This document shows positions 12,401 to 24,125 of a DNA stretch of 64,000 nt, one piece after another (the first letter of the stretch is position 1; each line of letters opens with the position of its first letter). Under the pieces are notes generated by a model. That model had not been told where the DNA came from, did no database searches, and saw only the letters and a list, made by a program, of their open reading frames with translations. The DNA is taken from positions 20,336,001 to 20,400,000 of the forward strand of contig CM022671.1 of NCBI GenBank assembly GCA_012295275.1, in the 5' to 3' direction. This DNA is from Chrysomallon squamiferum. Lineage: Eukaryota > Animalia > Mollusca. The translations under genes and the position numbers were made by a program.

Positions 12401-15400
12401 AACAAGATGATTTTTCACATGATATTAAAGCATATCTCTATGCACGTATACATTTTTCCAATATCCTGTAAGTTCTAGACAATTCTGAATCAATTCTAGC
12501 AATTCTGCTTTGTAATGGAAATACAGACAACCGTATTCCAAAAATGGCTGAATTAAAATGGTCATCCTGTTAATGTCAAATAAGACATGTGAATTTGTTG
12601 ATTAATTACTTCTAAGTACCACTGGGAATTAATGATTATCTGTCGGTCTACTGATTTTTAAAAACCCTAATGTAACTTTGTATATTAAATTAGCATGGCT
12701 TAAGAATATGTCTGGATTTTCTGCTTTGGGTGAAGACAATATGCTAATTTGGTTTATTGTAAAATGAGGTTTTTAAGAATTATTAATACTTTTCAAGTTT
12801 CAACTATTTACATGAAAAGTACTTTAAGCTGAGATATTTAAACAATTAAAATACAAATTTAATAAAATATTGTTTGTTTTGAGCTAACAATCTAAGTTAA
12901 TAATAAATTATGACAATATAACAATTATAGCATTTCTTTTTGTTGTTTTTTTAGTACTTGACCAACAATCTTAATTAATAATAAAGTATGAAACAAAAAC
13001 ATTTTTACAAAACATTTTATAGGTACATACATATATGACTAACATGCAAAATTGAATATATTGTTACTGAAAGAAAATCAACCACTTCCAAAATACAGTA
13101 TTCCCCCTTAATTAATAATTTTTTTGCTTTTCATGCTGATACATGCATACAATTATATTAATATAAAGATTTGGTTTTTATTTTTTTAAGAGTTTGTCTA
13201 TAGCTAGAACGTAATAACTGTGTGCAATCTGAGTGGCAAGTTCTGTGATACAAGATTCAAGGACACACACACACAAATACTCCATTATAGGTTTGAGCTG
13301 AAACATTCATATATAACCTATTTTTGAAGGGGAGTGGTTGATTTAAAATAAAAACTACAAATTATTATAAATATTATAAATTACTCACTGAATTCCAACA
13401 CATTTCATATCCTACAAAACAATAAAATCTGATCAACATTAATTCCAAAAATTAGTTTCAAAATATCATATTATAATATTTTATTTATCTTTTTCAGACC
13501 CACAATAATTTTTTTAGTTATAAATGCTATAATTTTGTTTAAAATGAATATTTTATCAGACATACCTGTTATAAAATCATGTCAATTTATATTATATTTA
13601 ATTTTTCAGACGTGCAGAGAAACACACACACAAATATAAACAAAGATGCACCACAATTTTATGGGTTCAGAATATGAGGAAGTTCAAGACATATTAATGT
13701 TAATGACATTCAGAAACAAACCTGAGTTCCTCTGGCATAAATGTCTCCTGTTTCAGTTTTCTCAGCACTGAATGGATCATACTTCCACTGGTCCTGTACA
13801 ATGTCAAAGAAGATCTCTATGTAACTGTAATCTCTGTTAATATGTGCTTGCAAAAACATACACATACCATACATACACACACATACCACCCACTCACCAA
13901 AACAAACACAGTCACACTCACAATTATAAATACTTATACACATATTATAATGATATACCTTTGATAGTATACTCATTTTGTCAAAATATTTGAATTCTGA
14001 GCTGTAAATTAACAAGAATTCTCACAGTACATAGTCAACTTAGATGTATGGTTACTCAGAGAATTAATAATTAGTTTATGCCTATGTCATAGTATTTAAA
14101 TAAAGAAAATCAGCTGCAAATTCAGCCTGTATATTTGAGGCAGTTTTCATAACAAATGGTATAATTATAAATGTTATATTTATTTCAAAAATGAAACATT
14201 GGTGACCACAAACTCACAGGAAAAACAGGAACTACATCCATGTGGGAATGAAGTAAAACTGACTTTAGACTGGAATCTTGACCTTTCCAAGTCATCACAC
14301 CAATCGGTTTCTTTGGCAGAACCTACTCATAAACAGAATTACTATAAATCATGATTTTAATAGATACAGACAGATATACACACACACACACACACACACA
14401 TGAGAGGGATATAAAGTGAGATAGATAGATAAAGACAGAGAGGGTAAGAAAAAGAGAAAAACAGAAAAGAGGGCTTGTAGGAAGACAAGTTTGAACATTT
14501 AGAATTTTGGACTGCAGGCCCTGTTTTATTAATCTTATATTTATAATAATATATTACTATGTTTGTTATATTATTGTATTATAATTCTGTACTGTCAAAC
14601 TGGATATTTTATGATGGACATTTGATAGGTATGGTTTATAGCACTTATGCACACTCACACCTAACAAAGAAATTTGATCAGAATAGTAGTTAATTTTATT
14701 TATAAGATACAGACCTCAAATACTCTGAAGTCAAGACCAATTTCATTAGCCTGGGTTTTCAGAAATGTCAAACATCCATCTAAAAATAATTAAAACTATT
14801 TAAAAAAAAAAAAAAGTATATATATATATATATTAGTAGTACTAGTAATACTACCACTATGAGTTTGATAAAGATGATGATGATGATAATAATAAATAAA
14901 TTAATTAATTAATTAAAATATGTCATCAAAAAAAAAAAAAAAAGTCTGATCCCAAGAATATCAAACTTTTTGTTTGTGTACAGCAGCTTCTACCAGAGTT
15001 CTGTTTTCAGTTTTCCAGCACACTAATTAATTTGTTTTACACTGTTATAACTCCAATATCAAATCCACTGAACTCTTAATCAGTTAATGTGAACAACTAA
15101 TGAATAATTAAGACTGGACAAATTGTTTATGACAAATGCTTCCTAATTTTGTTCCTAAAAATTAAATAAATAAATTAGTGAGAATCAGTAAAATTTAGAA
15201 TCCATTTTGTAGTCAGATACGACCAATTCTCTAACAGTATTCTATATTAATGAATTCATTATGCATGGGCAAACAGTAACATCATAACATGCATACCGAG
15301 TTTGATATATTTCTTATTTTGATGAAATTTAGCTTGCATGATCAAAGCTTCTTGGTGGCTGATTACAATGAGGCTTTCATGTTGTTGTTTTGTTGTTGTT

Positions 15401-16052
15401 GTTTGTTATTTTACAAAAAAAAAAAAACCAAAAACCCCACAAAAACGCAGTGCTACCTGAATGGCATACCAAAGGTCATGGTGACATGCATATATATATA
15501 TATGCTGGCAATATTTTTATGGTTTTAGATTTTTACTATTTAATTTTATATAAATCATTTTCATACCTCTGACGCCCAACAGTTTTTCGTACTAGGCTGC
15601 CGTTAAACATTCATTCATTCGTCAAAACCGTGTAACAAATCGTAATGTATCACACGCCTGGACACTTGCTTAGTTGCTAGTAAAAAGGTAACTAATGATT
15701 AAAAGCTACACTAACGTCTGAATCGTGGCAACAGATTTCCTCTATATAATATATAGATACATGAATGACACCTTATTAGCATAAACATTTAAAATAACAA
15801 CAACAAATGGGGTACAATAATGTATTTTAGATATGGCGCCTTCAAAAAGTAGCACACTGTACAGTAGTAAAGAAATGGTAACTCCGCCTTCTTTACTCCT
15901 TCGCTGATCGCTTGCTCCACTATAAAAGCAAACAGAAACAATTTATGACGTCTATATATTTTACCGTAATCGGGATCAGGATGCACCGATTTAATTCGTA
16001 GATATTTTCTAAAATTAGTCACCGCTGGTAGTTCACCAACTGTTGCCTGCAT
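3497..16052 (-). CDS. ACY1: Aminoacylase-1 (M20 family N-acyl-L-amino-acid amidohydrolase), 16 coding exons, 400 aa
   Basis: Exons: 16052-15965, 14779-14715, 14322-14218, 13793-13722, 13411-13389, 10656-10580, 10266-10180, 9881-9825, 8978-8905, 8143-8094, 7887-7824, 7412-7370, 6994-6888, 6568-6489, 4058-3998, 3646-3497. All GT-AG, total 1203 nt, one open frame ending TAG. Motifs [87 protein letters not shown] are colinear with vertebrate ACY1. Confidence 0.96.
4365..4575 (+). repeat. Degenerate ~37-bp minisatellite in an ACY1 intron
   Basis: Recurring TTAAG(A/G)CTGCCAAAACTCA..TCATTAT units. Confidence 0.55.
7000..7330 (+). repeat. Degenerate AT-rich minisatellite in an ACY1 intron
   Basis: Recurring AAATACAAGATCAAAAT..CAGCCAAATATTTTAAT units. 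Confidence 0.6.
12026..12244 (+). repeat. ~118-bp tandem duplication in an ACY1 intron
   Basis: TTGTTTATTCTCAAAAAC(A/T)GGAATTTC...TAATTAGTCTATTTTCTGTAAT occurs twice in tandem. Confidence 0.75.
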
Positions 16053-16508
16053 ATTTTGTTCTTGATCCGAACGAAACACTGAGCGCTGAACGTCTTAACG
16101 ATGCTTTTCAAACAGAGTTATCGCTCTTGATTTATCCTTCATTTAGCACACTATTATTATGATAGTACACGAACTGAGGACTGCATTTGCATCAGTAAAT
16201 AACACCCAGGGTTTGTTAAACCTTCTAGAATTACTCAATTGCAGAAACGATGCATAAAAATAATGCGTGAAATAAATCAAATAACAAATACTATTAAAGG
16301 GGGACAAAACAGTATTATATATTACAGCTACTATGTGAATGATTTAATATTTTTGATTACTTCAAACACGTTGTTTAAAAGAACAATAGGGCGGACAAAG
16401 TATTTTAGAAAAAAGGTATACACTTCATTTTGATAGTAATATTGATTATAAAAAATGCTATGAATAAAACATGTAGGCATAAAAGGAGGGAGGACGCAGT
16501 GTTAATCA

Positions 16509-16539
<31 letters not shown>

Positions 16540-16845
16540 TAGTAATAGTAATAGTGGTAACTGATTAGGTAGCTAATGAAGATGCTTTCTTTTACTTTTT
16601 TATTATTATTATTATTATTTACTTACTAACTTAATAAACCTATTTATTTAGTTAGTTAATTATTATTTTCGTAAAACTTCTTTTTTTCTTTCTTTAAAAA
16701 TCCCAAACAGTACCAAATGAAACATAAGAAAATTTTGTGTAGAGAAGACACCTTTAAAAGTACACGGAATTCTCGAGATCTAAAAGTGCGCCAACTGAAA
16801 CAAAAAGCTCTAAGATGCAAGGTTAAGTATGCCTAATATGGTGCA

Positions 16846-17079
16846 TCCTAACCAGGCGCGTACTACGTGAGAGAGGCGAGCGTTTTTATTTATTTTTTTT
16901 TTCGTTTTTATTTTTAAGAAACCATTGATTTCAGCTGGAGCATCCTAACTGCACGTGTACGCTAAAACTGTCGCGCCGTACGCATGCTGTTAGGATGCTC
17001 CAACTGAAATCAATGGTTTCAAAAAAAAAAAAAAAAAGAAGAAGCTCGCTTCGTTCGCATTGTACGCACCCATTTAGGA
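16846..17079. mobile_element. Foldback palindrome / MITE-like element
   Basis: Core arms 16918-16961 and 16977-17020 are reverse complements at 40 of 44 positions around a 15-nt loop. Symmetry continues through polyT/polyA and GGCGAGC/GCTCGCT, GCGTAC/GTACGC, TCCTAA/TTAGGA. Confidence 0.7.
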
Positions 17080-18402
17080 AAAAAGCATAAGAATTGTGGT
17101 CATTAAGTCTGTCTTAAAATTAATTTGAGTTAAAGACAGGAGTTGACTCAGTGACACTAATCGCTTATTAGGTCAGATTGTATGATGTTTCTTAATAAGA
17201 TAAATGTTGATCATGTAACAACTGTCAATTTCCACAAATTAACGAAATTAACAATGTAGTTTCGCAGATTAACGAGAGACATTAGTCGTTGCAGTTGTAG
17301 CACGATTATAAGTTATGTAACACTTGTTAAGCGTCAACATCTCTTGAAAACATCATCCTTGAACCAACAAAATAAAACATAAATATTTCACAATATTTGA
17401 GAAAACAAAAAAAACCCCGAAAACTGCTTAAGTTTTACCTAGTTATTAATTTACAAATAATGTGTGCATTCGTCTGTGAATTTAATTGTTTAATTGAATA
17501 AGATGTCTTCGAACATTTATTTATTCTTTTGCATATTGTACTATCCATCTCTTTTTCCGGTTTACTCTCTCTCTCTCTCTCTCTGATCACTGAGTTTGAT
17601 ACATTTTTATTTACGTAAATGAAAATATTTAATAATTACTTAAACTAAGTCATTTAAAGTGTGTCTACAGCCAATAAAGATTTGTATACAATTCCTTTGG
17701 CACAAAAGCAATTCGCCTCTTACATTGGTTTTCCTCCATTAATTTTTAATCCTCGAACACATCCATTACTTTGTCATTATTCTGCAGAAATCTGGAATCA
17801 CTCCGCCTATAGCAGAGCACCTGAGAAAACATATCTTGGGAGGTAATTGTATATTTTCTATGCCACCTAATTCAAATGTACTGTGAGTCTGCAATTTTCA
17901 GAAACCTTGTACATGTTTTAACATCTTAAACTGAAGAATGATTTATAATGGTGGGAGAGGGGCTTCTTACAAATGCACTTCTGTTAAGCTTTAACTCTCC
18001 CACTTAATAAAAATGTCATTTTCTAATGCCGTTTGGCTCATATCCGAAAAAGTAATGAAGAATTTGTTTACTACCTGTTGAAAACCATAAATAGTAAATT
18101 AAAAAATTAAATTACCTCGACTTTCAGCCAAATGACTGCTGGATGTTATTTTATTATTTTATTTTTTTTTTTTTTTCTTATGCACAGTACGTGGTCGCGA
18201 TAGTAGTTTTATTTTCAGCTATTTATTTTAAAATAGCAATTAACAGATGGATGTAATATAGTGTTATAACGTGTAATAAAATATTTGCTGTGGTACTGTT
18301 AAAACTATTACTAATGCTCCTCCTACTACTACTACTACCACCTCCATTACTACTACTACCACTACTACTGCTGTTACTACTACTACTACCAGTAAATAAT
18401 AA

Positions 18403-18503
<101 letters not shown>

Positions 18504-19589
18504 ACAACTACTGTTTAAAAAATAATATATAAAATAGAATTAACGTGCAGGCAGCACTCAGTAAAACAATTATATATTCTTCTTTTAAGCACTGTTATAT
18601 TAAAAAGGACATTATTCTACTTGAAGTTTTATGACATGGATTTTTCATCAACAAATCAAGCTCTTGCAAACTAGCTTGGAACATATCTAGAAGATCCAAA
18701 AAAAAAAAAAAAAAAAAAAAAAAGAAACATAACAAAAAAACCCAATCTATTGAAGGGTGACCATTAAAAGATACCCTTGAAAACATGCAGGTTCTTTAAA
18801 GATGTGTATCAGTCTTTTTCAGCAAATTTTCAATTAACAAGTGAGAGGGTTAAGAAAACGAAAAACAGAAAGAAGCTATTAGCGGTTTCTTTTAAATAAT
18901 GCAAGCCACGCCTACGGCCGCGAATTAAACGTTTCCGTTTGTTTATTAAAACCTTCAGTTATCTACAGGAGTTAATAAGCGCAGATACACTGCCTAACGT
19001 TATTTATTGTTCACCATTTTGGAAACAAGCAACTTGTTCTTATAAATAACGATTTAATCAGGGTTTTTCTAATTATTTTTTTTTTTTTTGAGAACTCATT
19101 TAAAAATTGCCAAAACTACAAATTGATTGTGTAGCCTGAATTTACTAGGAGAGTGTTTTTCGGAAGAATAAAACAAGAGAAAATGGAAGAAGAAAAGAAG
19201 AAAAAAATGGAAGAAAATGTTGTGCACTGTAACTATTACTTCACGTGTATTAATAATCACGCTTTAAAACATCACGTAGGAACTATTTAAAAGATGTTTC
19301 AAAAGGTAGGTTCTTCTTGCATACTACTATCACTGATATAGTTACTACTGCTATTTTAACTATTACTACAACTACTATTTCTACTACTATTTCTAATACT
19401 ATTACTATATTTATTTATTTATTTGTTTGTTTATTTATTTTTTGTGTGTTTATTTATTTTGTGTGTTTTTATTTAATTAATTATTTATTTGTTTTCATCC
19501 TTATTTACTTTTTACACTTTTATTTCTACTACTACTATTTCTACAACTACTATTACTACAGCACTTGTTGCTATTTCTGATATTTCTTC

Positions 19590-19825
19590 AGCTATTATTA
19601 TTAATACTATTACTACTACCAGTTCGATCACTACTACTTCTACTACTGCTACTACACCACTGTTATAGCTACAAATACTATTATAAATACTATTACTACT
19701 ATTACTACTATTACTACTACTACTACTATTACTACAGTACTACAGTACTACCAGTACTACCATTATTACAGTACTACCAGTACTACCATTACTACCACTA
19801 CTACTATGTGCTCTACTACTGTTAC
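19590..19825. repeat. (ACT/TAC)n low-complexity trinucleotide tract
   Basis: Direct reading; produces the spurious poly-Y/poly-L ORFs. Confidence 0.85.
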
Positions 19826-21334
19826 TGATGCCGTTAGGGACATGAGGAGAGTCTTGAGAACTTATGTCTTGAGGTAGCCTTTTTGGCGGCATTTTTCTGT
19901 ACGCAACAAACGATCAACGTAACACCTCAACAGATGCTAGGTGCTATTTACCATGAACACGAATTATAAGAATGTCAAAAGTTAATTTCGTAGTTCAGTC
20001 CGAACACACAAACATTGTTCTTATCAGAAGAGTGTTCTAATCAAGTGTGAACACAATTACAGACTGAATAGCAGGAACTAATCAAGTAAGTTATGAGTAT
20101 TAAACAGGAGTCAACAGCGTGCGGCTTTGCTTAATCACAACCATTGAAATTTTCCACGAGAGCTGCATCAGCGATACGAAAATTAATATTAGAAATAAGA
20201 CCTAGATTCTGCGCGACTTCACTACATGCACTGTCCAACGATATCTCATTAGCCGATCTTACAGGAGGAATCAAAGGAGTTGAAACTAACATTTTTCCCC
20301 AGACTAGCATGTCATATATGCCTTATCGACGCCTATGGATTCGAAGTATTAGACTAAATATGTCATACGGATCCTGTGAAAAATAACTAATTAAGACGTA
20401 GCTGCAACAGTCCCTACGGTAATTTCTTCACTGCATTCGTTTGTGGTTTTAGCTCACTTTAAGTGCAGTAAAGAAAAGAATAACCATCAGTTCAGTAAGG
20501 TACAAGATTTATGTGTTTATTATATACACAAACCAAATATACAGGCTTTTGAACTACTGCAGCGTAGATAAGATGTAAACAGACATTGAGTTTGTTCGAT
20601 AATTTATTTGATTTACAGCAGAGATGAATTATGTTTACTGTGATACTTTATTTACATTAATATTATAATAAAAGATTACTCTACTACTACAGTAGTCTTT
20701 TATGTATGATAATAATTTTAAAAATGTTATCTGCTGATAAATTTAATATATCTATATAAATAAACATAATATTTCCGTGGATTCGTATTGACAATCCAAT
20801 ATTCTTCTTACTGTAAGCTGTAGGCCAATCCAGTGAAAATTTATCTGTGTGGCGTGCTTTTAATATGTAAAGCTGCTGTTAGTAAAAGGTAAGTAAAACA
20901 CATTTTATCACCAGTAATATTTCCTCCCCCCAAAACCCCACCATTTATTACAAGGTAGTTAAAACATCAAATATTAAAATGGAACAAAAAAGTAATTTTC
21001 GGTGGGGGGGGATGAATTTTTAACCTCTTTTTATTTTTATTTTTTCATTTTAAATTCAGTTTTTAACTTGTGGGTGAAGAACCATAATTATCGATAATGA
21101 AAGAAGAAAACTGTTACCGGAATTTTTAATAGAATATCTTTTCACAGCCATAAAACGACAATTAAATAAATAATAATAATGTATGTGTTTGAGTGTATGT
21201 GTGTACCTATGTGTATACGTATGTATGTATGTGTTTGTGTATGTATGTATGTATGTAAGTATGTATGTATGTACGTATATGTGTATATATGTATGTATGC
21301 GTTTGTATATATATAAATCAAAAACAAACATCCA

Positions 21335-21410
21335 AAGTTGAACCGAAAATAGCCATAAGAGAATCGATGCTTTGACCAGTCATGCCTCAGCTACCATGCT
21401 ACTGAGCTAC
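21335..21410 (-). mobile_element. tRNA-like SINE head remnant
   Basis: Minus strand reads GTAGCTCAGTAG (A-box-like) ... GCATCGATTCTC (degenerate B-box) ... GGCTATTTTCGGTTCAAC, matching GCTATTTATCCGTTCCAG at 1821 and GCTGTTTCCCATTCCAG at 40633. Confidence 0.4.
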
Positions 21411-23441
21411 AACTCGATTTTCAAAAAATAACTGCTACGGGTTCAGAAATAAGCATTGAGATGAATGTTGATTTTCACTCATTGCCGTGCGGTTGCCGTT
21501 TGCAACAGATCCCAGTAACGTCATTCCATCACGTAAGCTCCGTTCATCTGCTTAGCTGAAGCTGATAATTCGTTATACACATTATCAAAGGTGTCGTTGT
21601 ATCCACTACATTAACATCTTCTATAGCTGATATTTTCAAAAGACATTGTTTTGGAAGCAGATGAACTTTATATATTCTCTTTGGTGATTTTGGTATGTGT
21701 ATTTTATACAAATAATCTATAATAATATATTTTGAAAATGTTTTTAAGTTCCTGTAATATATGTGTATTACATGTTTGTATATTTTATGTAAGAAATTTA
21801 TTTTAATTTCAAAGAACTCCGTATTTTTTTCTTTTATTATTTGGTTTGTGTTGTATACAGAGATTAATGTTTGTGTGTTTGTGTATAGATAAATAAATAG
21901 ACGAACAGACGGACAGATACATAGGTAGTTAGAAAGGAAGGCAGCAGAGAGAGAGAGGAAATAATGTGAGAGAGACAGAACGGAAAAAACGTAAACATGA
22001 TGTTGAGTCACACTGAGTCACATTTAAAAATTGTTTAAAATAATTAATAGACTAGCTTGAACACTTTAAAACAGGAAAAACAAAACGTAACTCTGTATCA
22101 ACAAAGTGGATCTTTTGATGTTTTGAATATAAATTAATACAAATTAATCAAAGATACTTCCATTGTGTACTCTTAATCAAATACGTCGAAGAATTCTGCT
22201 CTCTGACAGCATTTTATAAACCGGAATCTGTAATATCAAACTAAATTTGACATTCTTATTCCTTATAAATTAGTGTTGTGGATCTTAATATAATACTTAA
22301 AATTTAAACTAGTTATTATTATGTTGGTGCTATTGTACTGTTACGTGTATAATTGTAGTCGTTAGCTTCGCAGTAAGCTTTTCTTGACTGATGTCGCTGG
22401 GAATAACTATTTTGGACCTCTGTTGTAATCAAATGATGGAGTATTCAGCTGGTTGTAATGAGCTGAACTGTCCAGTCAAAAGACCGGATATACCAATCGG
22501 GAGAAAGTATTACGATTTTTATTTACACGATTAACAACATTCACTAACGCACGGAAAGATATATTTTACTGACAAACAAAACAATCAGAAATGCTGGAAA
22601 GCAGAATAAAATTTAGCATCGTCTTAGAAGTCAAGTAATGATCCCCACAAATCTGTCCTAAAACAAAGCTGTAATAAATATCATACTGTGTATATAATCT
22701 TGCATATAATGGAATTTTATTGATTATTCTTCAATATTCTTCTTTAATCGATTCCCCAATCTAACTCCCACTCCCAAATACCCAGTATAACCAGTATAAA
22801 TCCACACACGCATGCACAACCCTAGATATTACGAACAGCCTTCATGATATAAATACAATTGTCGTTATCTTACGCCACTTGCCTCTGAACAACTTGTTAC
22901 AGTGTGATTTCTATATGAACTTTCAATGTAATTCATTACATGATAACAGAATATTAGTCATTAAGTTCCAGTTTCAGTGATATAAGAACTCATCTTTTAA
23001 ATACACTCGGACATCATTTTTTCATCATCGAATTTAAATGTAATAACAGTTTAGCTTCTTCCTGCAAGAATTCCGTTGTTGTTAACTAGGTGCGTTTCTA
23101 CTGCTGAATACATTATGTTGTTGCTATAGTAAATGTACCTGCTAATTAAATAATGTTCCAAACTTCAACCATACTGGTTTATAATCACTAACTGTCAGAT
23201 CTTATTCTCCTTCTTTGACTTTTATTTATTATTATAAAATATGGACACTGCTTTCAGCTGTTGCATATACAGTTTTGAAAAAGTTGAGCATTATGTACAA
23301 TGAGTGAAAGTAGTTACATATAACACATGAAATGTACACGATTTAGCTATTAATATCACTTAATATCGTGGATGTGTTCTTCTAGAATAATAACAAGCAT
23401 TGGAGCAAGTTTCTCTATGAGATAATATATATTTATACATT

Positions 23442-23480
<39 letters not shown>

Positions 23481-23494
23481 TACACACACATACA

Positions 23495-24125
23495 CAATGA
23501 TATCTCAACTTACAACTTTTTTGAGTCACAAGCAGTCGCCAGGTCAATTTTCTGCTTTGAGTTGCGAATCCAAAATCCGAGTTACGAGTGAGCTTCAGAT
23601 ACGCCGCCGCTAGTTGGCACAATCCGGCAAGCATCCCGCGTCTCACTCGTTTGCTTCACGTGGTTAACTCGCCGCGGAAGCGTCTCTGTTGTGTTGTGCT
23701 CGCATTTCTTTTTTCTGGCCATGGGTCCTAAGAAAGTGAGTGCAAAAGGACAGTGCTGAGAAGAAGAAGCGGATGAGTTAGAAAAATATCGAAAAACATA
23801 AGCGAGGTGTGCATGTAGTCAACTTGGCATACCGAGGCAGATGCGTTAAAACAATATGTCTGATCTCCAGGATAAATACAATTTACAAAATCAATTATTA
23901 CTTTACATTCTCTTTTATTTTGTTTTTATACAATATTTGTCATTTATAAGTACATTTTTTTAATTTAAAGATAGCTTACAAAAACATGGGGTGGTTTTGG
24001 GGGGCTGGAACGAATTAATGGTATTTCAATTGATTTCAGTTGGAAAAACTGATTACATATCCGAGCAAACTGAGTTACGAGCTTGGTAGCGGAACGAATT
24101 AAACTCGTAAGTCAAGGTACCACTT
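23495..24125 (+). mobile_element. Internally deleted Tigger/pogo (Tc1-mariner superfamily) DNA transposon
   Basis: Right end CTCGTAAGTCAAGGTACCACTT followed by TA. Decayed left end CAATGATATCTCAACTTACAA. Frameshifted transposase N-terminus from ATG 23721: MGPKKVSAK/DSAEKKKRM.../IEKHKRGVHVVNLAY (CENP-B/psq-type HTH start). Confidence 0.82.

Noticed and set aside
12420-12566. Open minus-strand frames after an AG in the long ACY1 intron
   Set aside because: No ACY1 homology, and the flanking exons already join in frame.
19831-20419. Inverted pair CCGTTAGGGAC / GTCCCTACGG
   Set aside because: Only ~10 bp with an indel and no TSD; insufficient for a transposon call.
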